Below, piece after piece: positions 9,517 to 17,908 of a DNA stretch of 64,000 nt (position 1 is the stretch's first letter; each line of letters starts with the position of its first letter). The translations under genes and the position numbers were made by a program. This stretch comes from a virus, in the IMG/VR virus record IMGVR_UViG_3300000976_000012, positions 1 through 64,000 of that record; one strand, given 5' to 3'. Under the pieces are notes generated by a model. The model saw nothing but the letters and a program-made list of their open reading frames with translations. It had not been told where the DNA came from and ran no database searches.

Positions 9517-11321
9517 TACGCAGCCTTATCGGTAGTAGTGTCGTCGTTCTCTGGATTAGAGCGAGTGCGTTTTGGTGGGTCATATCGTTTCTTGGATGCA
9601 AGCTCTAACACGTCGCGCAAATTACCTATTGCATGTCTCACTTGTCTAGGACCACCGTCTGTTTTGGTCGCGTCATCGTCATCATCTGCAACGGGTTGCA
9701 CGAGATTACTCTCGTTATTGCCAAGTTCGCCGCTTGCGTCATCGATCTCTTTTATGATGTCGTCAAAGCCCATGAGCTTACCTTGTGTGGCGAGTGCCTG
9801 CACAATCATAAATGGGTAGTTGCCCCATTCTTCTTCGACTAAAGACACGTCCAAACCGAATTGCTCGTTGGCCAAACCAATAGCTACGTTCGGCGTCATA
9901 GCGCCCACACTGTTGAAGGCAGACACAGCCTCAATGACCTCTTTCGGATCGGATATGCGAGGTGGGTTAGAGCGCACTTCCCAATACTCCACACCATACG
10001 GTGCTAACAAATGACGATTAACAAAATCATCTATCATTTCGCGCTCAGGACCAAACACCTGACCCTCTGCCACCTCATATGAAGTCTGCGCACTGGCACG
10101 TGTATAATCCTCCGAGTGGCCTGTGAAGATTGGCGGCAAACGGAAACTCGAACGCACCTTCTTGATCTGTGCGGCGTCGTATTCGAGAAACTGACCATCA
10201 TCGATCTTATCACCGGCTAGAGGCTTCAACTCAACTTTAGGAGCCGGAATAACTCCGTCGCGTGCAGCGGCGTTCTCATCACCTTCGACCTCTAGCAACA
10301 GCACGCGGTTATGGCTTGCGCGCCCACGGGCAGCGGTCACGTGCTCCTCAATTTGATCAATTGCATCACCCGTAAGAATGCCACCCGATACCAAAACAGC
10401 CATTGCCGGGATGGCGTTCTCTTTAAAATAATCAAGGTTGGTCAACTCGGCCTGACGCGAACCTTGGATCGCGACTAAGTTATTAAACCAGCGGGGAAGG
10501 CCGTAGAATTGGCCGGGGTAGTATTGCTTGAACATCACGATCTCTGTCGCAGTATCTTCAAACGCTAGGTTCGGTGTAACCTTGCCGTCCTTCGGATTGA
10601 CAAAACGGGGGTCACCAAATTCCTTAAACCAGATTTTCTTCGTTCCCAGTATTTGGATAAAACGCCGGAACCGACGTCGTACCATCGCATCAACACGCTT
10701 GCCAAAGCGCTCTTCAGACACATCCACTTCAACTTCATCCATATCAACAGACGTCGCCCGAACTGTATGTGCAGGGATATGGGATATGAAAATTGGCATA
10801 CCTTCTTTGGTGCGCCCGATCTCCAAATACCCAAAGCCAAGCGTCTCCATATCCCACCGAACGCGTTTGCGTATCTCGGTCATAGATTGCTCTGGATGAA
10901 GTGTTTCTAAGAAGCTCTCAATATGCTCCTTTTCCTTTTTGGATGCATCGGATTGGTCTCCGCCATCCGGTCCAGTGTATTCCATGCGCTGGCCGTGACC
11001 TTCGATATTGATCACCATTGTTTCTATGCACTGACGCAAAATCGAGTTGTCATTTGGCATACGCAACAGCGCAGCTAAGTTGACCGGAGGAGGCAAGATA
11101 CGCAGTTCCGATGTGCCGGACGCCGTGTACAGGCTCTGTTCTTTGAACGGGTCTTCTAACTGATTAGAGAAAGTGGCTCCGCGCTGAATATCTTGTAGTA
11201 CCTCGTCATCATCAACCTCTGTACCACGTCCTTTGAGAGAACCTAGATTGACGGCGCGACGAGTACGACGCTTGGGCGAATTGCCTACATTTCTCTCTAT
11301 CTGGTTTGAACGCTTTATCAT
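9516..11321 (-). CDS. portal protein
   Basis: 601 aa with a portal-like core, immediately upstream of the minor head protein. The C-terminal tail carries VQPVA (palindrome) and YDPPKRTR. Confidence 0.75.
   Translation of the reverse strand: MIKRSNQIERNVGNSPKRRTRRAVNLGSLKGRGTEVDDDEVLQDIQRGATFSNQLEDPFKEQSLYTASGTSELRILPPPVNLAALLRMPNDNSILRQCIETMVINIEGHGQRMEYTGPDGGDQSDASKKEKEHIESFLETLHPEQSMTEIRKRVRWDMETLGFGYLEIGRTKEGMPIFISHIPAHTVRATSVDMDEVEVDVSEERFGKRVDAMVRRRFRRFIQILGTKKIWFKEFGDPRFVNPKDGKVTPNLAFEDTATEIVMFKQYYPGQFYGLPRWFNNLVAIQGSRQAELTNLDYFKENAIPAMAVLVSGGILTGDAIDQIEEHVTAARGRASHNRVLLLEVEGDENAAARDGVIPAPKVELKPLAGDKIDDGQFLEYDAAQIKKVRSSFRLPPIFTGHSEDYTRASAQTSYEVAEGQVFGPEREMIDDFVNRHLLAPYGVEYWEVRSNPPRISDPKEVIEAVSAFNSVGAMTPNVAIGLANEQFGLDVSLVEEEWGNYPFMIVQALATQGKLMGFDDIIKEIDDASGELGNNESNLVQPVADDDDDATKTDGGPRQVRHAIGNLRDVLELASKKRYDPPKRTRSNPENDDTTTDKAA
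9687..9700. repeat. 14-bp palindromic motif copy 3
   Basis: Lies inside the portal 3' end and is translated V-Q-P-V-A. Confidence 0.9.
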
Positions 11322-11370
11322 GGTGCCTCACTAGAATATCGGATTTCCGGAGACAATAGGACAATGAGAC

Positions 11371-13005
11371 CTACAGATCAAGCAATGTGACTGCACGCGT
11401 TTCACGAGGCACTGATGCAACGGGTTGCACGTCTTCACGTCCTTCTTCGAGAGGCGACACAAAATCAAAATCAGTAGGACCCCATGCTTCAGTAAGTTTA
11501 CAAAGCTCTCCGCACACATCACCAATACCTAGGCGTTCAATTGCGCTTTCTGCGCGATATTCATAGCGAGGCCACGCCATTATCCTGCGGGGTGATCCTG
11601 TTGCTTCGATTTTTCTTAATTGGTAGCGGCTCCACACGTTTCGTATCAATACAGGTACTTCCGGGTAATGCAGCGTTTTCAGGTCCGGTGACATGTCGAT
11701 CTGACTGGTCAGGTATTGGAGCCGGTTAAGTGCGTGCGATATTGCAGATGCCATCGTACCGTAACTATTGATTGCGCCTCTGAGTTTAGGGTTCAGCCCC
11801 CGTTGTGGTTCTAAATTCATATGCTCTACACAGTCACTGTCGGACACATAGATAGGGAAAATGAACGCCAGTGGCACTGACAAACAATCCATTGAGTTTC
11901 GGACATGTACTACTTCTTTGATTATGAAACGCCACTCGCTGAGAACTCTATGGATTAAAATCTCCGGTACATCTTTGCCGTCATCGATATTAGGTATACG
12001 GAATTTACGCTTACCTGTTTTGATCAACCTGACCATGGGATGTCGGTTACGCTGAGCATCACCACTGGATCGCGTGTCTCGGCACATACTGGGAAATCTG
12101 ACATGCCCTATGTCTGTCAACTGCATCTGTCTTCGGCTTTTGTCTTTATCGGAATGTATCGTTCCTCGCGCATACTTAGTCACAGTGGCCGATTTGCCTT
12201 TGACCGCCCTAATAGCGTGGTTACGTGAAGGCGCTTTGTGGTTATCCATCCATGATCTATCAGGACAGAACGTGTGTTTGGTGGATTGCATAATGCGCCG
12301 CCACTGGGCACCGACTGTTTTTCCACTAAAACGCCCCGCCGTCCTTAACTTCACACTGGGTATCTTCGAGCGCTTGCTGTCGTAGAGGTGCACAAAGTTG
12401 TATATATCCCGAGGTCCGTTACTTCCCGGTGCACTGGAGTGACGACACATTTTTATCATACGATCTCTAGTACTTTGCATATCACACCGGATGTGGATGA
12501 TATTGGAAAACACCACATTGCTCGTGCATATTTTCTGTAATACCTTTTCCATGTGCTCGGCTGTGTTCTCGATCTCGACAGGCACATTCATAAAATGCAT
12601 CAAGCTGATCAGATTAGACAACAGCGCATCGGTGCTGACAGTCAACAGTTTCCCCATGGGGTGATCGTACAAGGTAAAAAATCCGGGCAGGTCTTTCGTT
12701 ACTCTGTCCGCTTCGTCTTCGTGTATCACAATACCTTCGATTTCATTGCCACCCTCAAGAACGGTTTTGTTGATAGCCACCACATGGACATCTAACAGCG
12801 TGACAGCCGACAGTGATTCTTCGAACTTATGCGGTCTAGCATCTTCATCCGCCATCTCTGATGAGCTGACAAAGGTAACACGGGGGTCTGCAATCTCACG
12901 CTGTTCGTTCTCTACATAACTATCTCCAGCCGTGTCTCGATCCTCGTAAGGTTCTTGCCAGCGGCCAGCTTTGATATATAGTGAATGCAGAATGATGTGA
13001 GCCAT
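11371..13005 (-). CDS. 544-aa ORFan, basic and Cys/His/Met/Arg-rich
   Basis: Only long open frame in this 1.6 kb. Has its own TTGACATAAAAT promoter and GTCGAAAGGGA leader, with ATG 13005 downstream of them. No confident domain; AGRFSGKT is a Walker-A-like string in mid-protein. Confidence 0.6.
   Translation of the reverse strand: MAHIILHSLYIKAGRWQEPYEDRDTAGDSYVENEQREIADPRVTFVSSSEMADEDARPHKFEESLSAVTLLDVHVVAINKTVLEGGNEIEGIVIHEDEADRVTKDLPGFFTLYDHPMGKLLTVSTDALLSNLISLMHFMNVPVEIENTAEHMEKVLQKICTSNVVFSNIIHIRCDMQSTRDRMIKMCRHSSAPGSNGPRDIYNFVHLYDSKRSKIPSVKLRTAGRFSGKTVGAQWRRIMQSTKHTFCPDRSWMDNHKAPSRNHAIRAVKGKSATVTKYARGTIHSDKDKSRRQMQLTDIGHVRFPSMCRDTRSSGDAQRNRHPMVRLIKTGKRKFRIPNIDDGKDVPEILIHRVLSEWRFIIKEVVHVRNSMDCLSVPLAFIFPIYVSDSDCVEHMNLEPQRGLNPKLRGAINSYGTMASAISHALNRLQYLTSQIDMSPDLKTLHYPEVPVLIRNVWSRYQLRKIEATGSPRRIMAWPRYEYRAESAIERLGIGDVCGELCKLTEAWGPTDFDFVSPLEEGREDVQPVASVPRETRAVTLLDL
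11416..11429. repeat. 14-bp palindromic motif copy 4
   Basis: Lies inside the ORFan 3' end (V-Q-P-V-A), 95 nt upstream of the portal ATG. Confidence 0.9.
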
Positions 13006-13026
13006 TTTTTCCCTTTCGACCATACA

Positions 13027-13055
13027 TCCTTAGCGTGTCTAAGATTTTATGTCAA
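13027..13055 (-). promoter_or_regulatory. cassette promoter (TTGACATAAAAT class)
   Basis: TTGACA, 17-nt spacer, then TAAGGA, followed by the GTCGAAAGGGA leader. Drives the ORFan. Confidence 0.55.
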
Positions 13056-13060
13056 GAGAA

Positions 13061-13795
13061 TTATTCGTCGTTTGCGTGCTCTAGTTTAGGCGGCTCTTCG
13101 TTCTTTTCCAAATCTAGTACAACGTGACGGCGCATGTTCATCCGTTTGAAAGGATCACGGAGGTCTTCGATCTCTATTTCAGACGGTCCCCATTTTTCTT
13201 TGGGTAACCGACCGCCCGCCAAGGTCAGCGTATCCATAAGAAACGGATGTGTATCTGCCTCTTCTGAATTACCGTTAGCCCAATCGCGCATCTCTTGCTG
13301 TATCCCTTCCCGGTGCAACGCGGTGCACGCAAAAAGGGTATCGTTCTCTGTGACAGCTGTCATGTGATAAATATCGTGCCGCCCGATCACATTTTCGTTC
13401 CTCTTCCAATAAGGCTCCGGTAGACCGTCAGGTCTTGTCCGGAACGCACGCCGGTATCCTGCTTGGCTTACTGCGTCCATCCACACCAAAGGCACATTGT
13501 CCGGCGCATAGTCTTGGCCATCCACCGGCTGTTTCTCACTAACAATAACCACACCATGTACGTCTTCGTAATTTGGTAAGATACTCGGAGGCAAGCCCGC
13601 ACCTTGGCGATTTGCCCACTGGATCATAGACGCGTTTCGATTAGCCTCTTCTTCTAACTGATCGATCCGTTTATCCAATTCGGCCTTATCCCATGTCAAA
13701 TTGGTGATCGTCCTACGAGCTTTTGAATTATCGAGCAATAACAAGAAATAAGCGGTACCAAGTCCGATGAACGCCCATCCTGAAACATCAATCAT
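13061..13795 (-). CDS. membrane-anchored hypothetical protein
   Basis: N-terminal TM helix GWAFIGLGTAYFLLLL. Start set at ATG 13795 with an AAAGGAAG SD. Confidence 0.55.
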   Translation of the reverse strand: MIDVSGWAFIGLGTAYFLLLLDNSKARRTITNLTWDKAELDKRIDQLEEEANRNASMIQWANRQGAGLPPSILPNYEDVHGVVIVSEKQPVDGQDYAPDNVPLVWMDAVSQAGYRRAFRTRPDGLPEPYWKRNENVIGRHDIYHMTAVTENDTLFACTALHREGIQQEMRDWANGNSEEADTHPFLMDTLTLAGGRLPKEKWGPSEIEIEDLRDPFKRMNMRRHVVLDLEKNEEPPKLEHANDE

Positions 13796-14150
13796 CGAAT
13801 GACTTCCTTTCAAATTTACCCCGTCCTTCCTCAAACGGGTAGTCCAACGGGTGTGTCCCGTTTTCAGAGCCTGACGCCCAATGACGAAAGTGATCGTCTA
13901 GTACGTAACAGGGCAATGTGGCATCTGGGAACTTCGATGCATTGGGGTGAGGCGTCTCTAGTGCCCGAATTGGCCAGCCGAGCGCTCTCAGCTCGGAGAC
14001 ACGTGAGCTGATCGTAAAGCAGTTCAACTCGTATATCGACACCATAGGCGTTATCTTATCCCCTGCCAGTAACGCATCGAGCACACGGCGATTAGCTGAC
14101 GTACTTTTTGGCCACGGGTTAGGACGTGTTGTGTGTTTCCCTTTCGACAT
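13788..14150 (-). CDS. winged-helix DNA-binding protein, putative
   Basis: 120 aa with the wHTH-like segment FTISSRVSELRALGWPI. The ATG lies 6 nt after the -10, so the mRNA may be leaderless. Codons 2-4 are the conserved leader motif. Confidence 0.55.
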   Translation of the reverse strand: MSKGKHTTRPNPWPKSTSANRRVLDALLAGDKITPMVSIYELNCFTISSRVSELRALGWPIRALETPHPNASKFPDATLPCYVLDDHFRHWASGSENGTHPLDYPFEEGRGKFERKSFDD

Positions 14151-14156
14151 GATTAC

Positions 14157-14185
14157 ATAGTGCCATGATTAACATCTTATGTCAA
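14157..14185 (-). promoter_or_regulatory. cassette promoter (variant TTGACATAAGAT)
   Basis: TTGACA-17-CACTAT immediately upstream of ATG 14150. Confidence 0.5.
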
Positions 14186-14388
14186 GAGAAAAGCCCCACC
14201 AATTAGTTGCTTGAGGCAGGTCAAACTGACAGGGCTTATGGACCGAGGTAATCGTCTCTCCGATTAGTCAAGCCTGCGTAAAGAGGGGCTTTCCTTGAAC
14301 CGCGCAGACCGGCTTACTGAGAGTGCGCCTTCCGATTGTCGAAAGGGTCGGCGCGGTAACTTCTGCAAACTCGCTGGTGCGATCTCGT

Positions 14389-14838
14389 TTACGTCCAACC
14401 GGACGCCTCATCACCGTGATTGTCAATGGTGATCAACTGATTGCCGTTCCGTGTAGGTCGGTACATGAATATGGCATGGTAGGGCTTGCGTTCATTGACG
14501 CCTCGGCTCGGCTGGATGACGAACCCGTCATCGATCTTTGCCCGGACGGCCTGAACCATAGGATGGCCTTCCAACTCAAGGTCAGAGACAACTGGACCCT
14601 GTACTTTGATGCTGCCAGAGCGCCCATCCATGGCGGACGGGGAACTGAAGCTCGCAGTCAAGGCACGCAAAATGCCCATGTAATTTTTTCGCATGTGCGT
14701 TGGGAATTGCCCGGTCACATAGACATATGCTGCCCGATCCCGAATGTCCTTACGGACTTTGGAATGGTCATTGAGTAGGTCATCGTGCTCGCCATAGAAC
14801 GGACGTGCAGCGATGCGCTTAGCGGCGGTGATAGCCAT
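14389..14838 (-). CDS. hypothetical protein
   Basis: 149 aa with its own promoter and a GGAAGGAG SD. The overlapping plus-strand ORF is rejected. Confidence 0.65.
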   Translation of the reverse strand: MAITAAKRIAARPFYGEHDDLLNDHSKVRKDIRDRAAYVYVTGQFPTHMRKNYMGILRALTASFSSPSAMDGRSGSIKVQGPVVSDLELEGHPMVQAVRAKIDDGFVIQPSRGVNERKPYHAIFMYRPTRNGNQLITIDNHGDEASGWT

Positions 14839-14886
14839 GTTCGTTCTCCTTCCAGTACACAGGCGGAATTGTTTGCCTGTGATCTA

Positions 14887-14915
14887 CTTGTACGATGCCC
14901 CGCATCTTTTGTCAA
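14887..14915 (-). promoter_or_regulatory. cassette promoter (variant TTGACAAAAGAT)
   Basis: TTGACA-17-TACAAG, with the palindrome 7 nt upstream of the -35. Confidence 0.5.
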
Positions 14916-14922
14916 GAAAAGG

Positions 14923-14936
14923 TGCAACCCGTTGCA
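14923..14936. repeat. 14-bp palindromic motif copy 5
   Basis: TGCAACCCGTTGCA, 4 nt after the stop of 14940..15374 and 7 nt upstream of the -35. Confidence 0.9.
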
Positions 14937-14939
14937 GCA

Positions 14940-15374
14940 TTATTCTGGAAGTTTCCTGCGCCGCTTTGGTGGGTCAACCTTCTTGGGTTCTTGTTCGCTT
15001 TTGGCGACGATCTCATTCCGACGTAATTGAATGCATTGCTCTAGGTTATCCAAAAAGTATGACTGGTCATCCGGCGTGTCGTGAATAATCTGTTCGATCT
15101 CAATCATATCATATGACCGCTCACGCCACTCGCTGATCTTATCTTCGGCAGGTGCCGGGATAGGTGCTTCCTCTGGTGGGGCACCAAACCGCTCGTCCTC
15201 AATAGGGACGTCATCTGGTTCTTTCTCGGCAAATATGTTGTTGAGGTAACCCATGAGGCCGTACTTGTCTGTAGGTACTGCGTGATCTTGATACTCTGGG
15301 TCTAATGCTTTGGCATCAGCTTGCGTGCCAACTAGGCGCGGCCCGTCTTCGGTACTGCAAATATAATAGTCCAT
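14940..15374 (-). CDS. hypothetical acidic protein with C-terminal VDPPKRRRK tag
   Basis: 144 aa. The cassette leader GTCGAAAGGGA precedes the ATG. Confidence 0.65.
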   Translation of the reverse strand: MDYYICSTEDGPRLVGTQADAKALDPEYQDHAVPTDKYGLMGYLNNIFAEKEPDDVPIEDERFGAPPEEAPIPAPAEDKISEWRERSYDMIEIEQIIHDTPDDQSYFLDNLEQCIQLRRNEIVAKSEQEPKKVDPPKRRRKLPE

Positions 15375-15399
15375 ATTGAAACTCCCTTTCGACCTTTAC

Positions 15400-15442
15400 A
15401 CAATGGCACAGGTCGAAAGGGATGTCAAGGATTTTATGTCAA
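15400..15442 (-). promoter_or_regulatory. tandem TTGACA promoter region
   Basis: TTGACATAAAATCC followed by TTGACA-17-CATTGT. The spacer contains the reverse complement of the leader motif. Confidence 0.5.
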
Positions 15443-15450
15443 CGCAAGGA

Positions 15451-15708
15451 CTACTCCGCTGCGTTGAGTGCGTCCGCAATCCGCTTTGCGATATTAGTTC
15501 GCACAGGCAACGCACTCGCTTGGAGAGATACAAACGCAACCTGTTTACGGTCAGCATCAAAAACACATGCACCATCATGGATGAATGGTCCGCGTACAGG
15601 GTCATCTGTTGCAGCTGGCACTGCTTCTGCTTTCTCAGCTAGTGCACCGGTAACTGCTTCGTCCGGCTTCTGACGCCGTGTCTTTGAGTTAGGGTCTTTA
15701 TTTTCCAC
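15451..15708 (-). CDS. hypothetical protein
   Basis: 85-aa ORF between thyX and the next promoter. Confidence 0.5.
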   Translation of the reverse strand: MENKDPNSKTRRQKPDEAVTGALAEKAEAVPAATDDPVRGPFIHDGACVFDADRKQVAFVSLQASALPVRTNIAKRIADALNAAE

Positions 15709-15722
15709 GGGTGATCTCCTCG

Positions 15723-16589
15723 TTAGACTTTGTGATTGTCGAATGTGTATTCATTGAAGCCATCGACAAATTGGCTTTGCATATCCTGATACAGATTAGG
15801 AAAGCGATTGGCTAGTGTTTCTGCTACCTGCCCGAATACCAGCCGGATTTCTTCTTCAGCTGAGCGGTGTGTCCGCTGAGCGACCATGAAACGCCACGCT
15901 CTATGATTAGCCGTCACACCAATAGACGTACTCAAACCGTAAGGAGCCAGCCTACGCATTGACGATGTGATCCGTTTCTTGAGATGGAATGCTCGTTTAT
16001 TCTCCTGTGGTATTTCATCCAACCCCAAACGCTCCGCTGTCTCAACTTGAAATTTCTCCATCATCTCGACAAGCTCTACCCACATCTGTTGTAGTTCTCC
16101 GTGCGCCACCTCTGCTTTCTCTTGCGGAAAAGGATCATCTTGCGCAGTAAATAATTCGGTAAGGAACTTTGTTTCAAATGCTTGCGGATAATATGTACCG
16201 ATCTCGGTCAATCGAACGAACCGCATGGAGACCTGACTGAATGCAGTACCGACGCGATGACGGACAAGCTCATGGGTCACAACCGGGCTGACATCCACAA
16301 AGCCGAACGTGGCATAGCTATGCTCTAGCACTGATCCGTGCTTCACACTCAGTATATTGCCAACGTACCCTTCGTTGCCTTCGCGGGTTCGCGTGATGTT
16401 GGCGTTCATGTCTGTACCAAAGCTCTTGTAGCATAGCCGCCCCATAGTCTCGATAAGCTCTTCGCTATCTGACGGTGCGTCCGTGCGCCAATCCTCCGGC
16501 GCCCCTAGCGCGTGAAGCATCTCTGCCATAGCCCCTTCATCAATTTGAGTGAATGCCACAAGGTGAGCGGACGGTGTTACAAATTTCAT
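15723..16589 (-). CDS. thyX: flavin-dependent thymidylate synthase
   Basis: 288 aa with the ThyX signature LVRHRVGTAFSQVSMRF. Confidence 0.9.
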   Translation of the reverse strand: MKFVTPSAHLVAFTQIDEGAMAEMLHALGAPEDWRTDAPSDSEELIETMGRLCYKSFGTDMNANITRTREGNEGYVGNILSVKHGSVLEHSYATFGFVDVSPVVTHELVRHRVGTAFSQVSMRFVRLTEIGTYYPQAFETKFLTELFTAQDDPFPQEKAEVAHGELQQMWVELVEMMEKFQVETAERLGLDEIPQENKRAFHLKKRITSSMRRLAPYGLSTSIGVTANHRAWRFMVAQRTHRSAEEEIRLVFGQVAETLANRFPNLYQDMQSQFVDGFNEYTFDNHKV

Positions 16590-16619
16590 TCTAGGTTCTC
16601 CCTAAGTTGATGATCGATA

Positions 16620-16648
16620 ATAATTACAATAGCTGCGTTTTTATGTCA
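16620..16648 (-). promoter_or_regulatory. cassette promoter (variant TTGACATAAAAA)
   Basis: TTGACA with TATTGTAAT/TAATTA-type -10 candidates at non-canonical spacing. Lies upstream of thyX. Confidence 0.45.
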
Positions 16649-16649
16649 A

Positions 16650-16681
16650 GAAAAAGGGTCGCTCCCTCTTCGGAAACGACC
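16650..16681 (-). terminator. rho-independent terminator
   Basis: The minus strand GGGTCGTTTCC-gaaga-GGGAGCGACCC forms about 11 bp including G-U pairs, followed by TTTTT. It lies 25 nt after the stop of 16707..17030. Confidence 0.6.
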
Positions 16682-16706
16682 CCTTCAAATGGGTGAGCCA
16701 TTGCTC

Positions 16707-17030
16707 TCAGATAGCTGTGCTGAAACTATCCCCCGGTGGGTGGTATCGGACAGCAAACGCAATGAACGCCAAAGCAGGTGGCCAGAGTATGACCAGAGTA
16801 AGCATCGGAACGACCATCAACCACGATCCAGATCGCATCTGTCGAGCCATATGCGCGAATTGCGGATCAAGTCCTGCATGGGAAAAAATCATGGCTTTTG
16901 CCCGATCCGCAAGCGCGACGCCAATCAACAGATAGACTGCGGCGGCAAGGGTGGTGGGTAGACCGTAGCTGATGAATGCGGTCGCCAAAACGGCGAATAA
17001 CATCGCCATCAGTAATAATAGGATTCTCAT
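16707..17030 (-). CDS. small integral membrane protein
   Basis: 107 aa with about 3 hydrophobic helices (LLLLMAMLFAVLATAFISYGL...). Confidence 0.55.
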   Translation of the reverse strand: MRILLLLMAMLFAVLATAFISYGLPTTLAAAVYLLIGVALADRAKAMIFSHAGLDPQFAHMARQMRSGSWLMVVPMLTLVILWPPALAFIAFAVRYHPPGDSFSTAI

Positions 17031-17063
17031 AAATACTCCTGTTCGCTGGATTGCAATTTTGGG

Positions 17064-17543
17064 CTAAGCGCCCGTACTTCCAAATCTGCCTTCACCGCGT
17101 TCAGTCTCATCGAGATCATTGGCTTCGACTTCTTGGATTTCTGCTTGCGAGACGGGCGCTATCACCATTTGGGCGATGCGCTCTGCGTGCTTCACATGAT
17201 ATGGGCCTTCCCCGTGATTGATTAGCATAATCATCACTTCGCCGCGATAATCGCTATCGATGGTGCCGGGGGCGTTAAGAACGGTGATCTTGAATTTTGC
17301 CGCTAGACCTGAGCGGGGACGTATCTGCCCTTCATATCCTTCGGGTATTGCGTATTTGAAACCTGTCTTCACAAGAGCCTTACCGTGAGGCCGGATAACT
17401 ATGTCACCTGCTTTACCCTCTGCATCGACAAGAAAAGCCTGTAGGTCAAAGGCAGCTGCACCGTTTGTTTGGTATGAAGGGATGGGTAAGTCACACCCGT
17501 CTACTCTGGCTATTTTGACGATAGGTTTAGATGGCACGCGCAC
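17064..17543 (-). CDS. dut: dUTP diphosphatase
   Basis: Trimeric dUTPase motifs AAAFDL, GTIDSDYRGE and RGEGRFGSTG. The alternative GTG start at 17537 has better SD spacing. Confidence 0.9.
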   Translation of the reverse strand: MRVPSKPIVKIARVDGCDLPIPSYQTNGAAAFDLQAFLVDAEGKAGDIVIRPHGKALVKTGFKYAIPEGYEGQIRPRSGLAAKFKITVLNAPGTIDSDYRGEVMIMLINHGEGPYHVKHAERIAQMVIAPVSQAEIQEVEANDLDETERGEGRFGSTGA

Positions 17544-17616
17544 TCTCCCTGCTGATTGGGCGTAGTTGGTATGTATGGATCATTATGCCCCCTAGATCAA
17601 GTACTTCATTCACTCG

Positions 17617-17829
17617 TCACACCACGGCGTAGGTCACCCGGTTGCCTCCATGTTGAGTTCGATTGAGTACACCTTCGACTGTTAATTCTTTTAGAGCTTT
17701 CGCTACCCTCGTGCTGGCTTCGCGATGCTCGTACCCCATCGCCTTGCCTAACTCAGTCGGACTGAAGGGACCGTCCATCTTCTTGGCTTGATCCAAAACC
17801 ACCTGAACTGATTGTTTGCGTGTACCCAT
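17617..17829 (-). CDS. small winged-helix DNA-binding protein, putative
   Basis: 70 aa. FSPTELGKAMGYEHREASTRVAKALKELTVEGVLNR looks like a MarR/ArsR-type wHTH. GGAGGGA SD. Confidence 0.55.
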   Translation of the reverse strand: MGTRKQSVQVVLDQAKKMDGPFSPTELGKAMGYEHREASTRVAKALKELTVEGVLNRTQHGGNRVTYAVV

Positions 17830-17874
17830 TATCGTATCCCTCCGGTTGATCCGAGTTAGTTAAGTTCTCCTGCG

Positions 17875-17903
17875 CCATATCAGTAGCCCTCATTTTTTGT
17901 CAA
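17875..17903 (-). promoter_or_regulatory. cassette promoter (variant TTGACAAAAAAT)
   Basis: Perfect -35 but a weak -10 (ATATGG at 17 nt). Confidence 0.4.
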
Positions 17904-17908
17904 GATTA

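Noticed and set aside
11371-13023. The 550-aa ORF as a second terminase large subunit because of its position before the portal and the AGRFSGKT string.
   Set aside because: The Walker-A-like string is in mid-protein with no matching Walker B or nuclease motifs, and a canonical terL with all motifs lies at 45364..47370. The first ATG (13023) sits within 3 nt of the -10, so the start was moved to 13005.
14151-14388. tRNA or other structured RNA gene in the largest intergenic gaps (also 39502..39610, 57064..57213, 44342..44522).
   Set aside because: A GGTTCAAGG string near 14300 lacks a pairing T-stem, and no cloverleaf could be built by eye. No rRNA-like or CRISPR-like repeats are seen anywhere in the window.
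14323-14778. 151-aa plus-strand ORF, preceded on the plus strand by a GTCGAAAGGG copy.
   Set aside because: No start codon at a usable distance from that motif and no convincing plus-strand promoter. The overlapping minus-strand ORF 14389..14838 has a cassette promoter and a strong SD.
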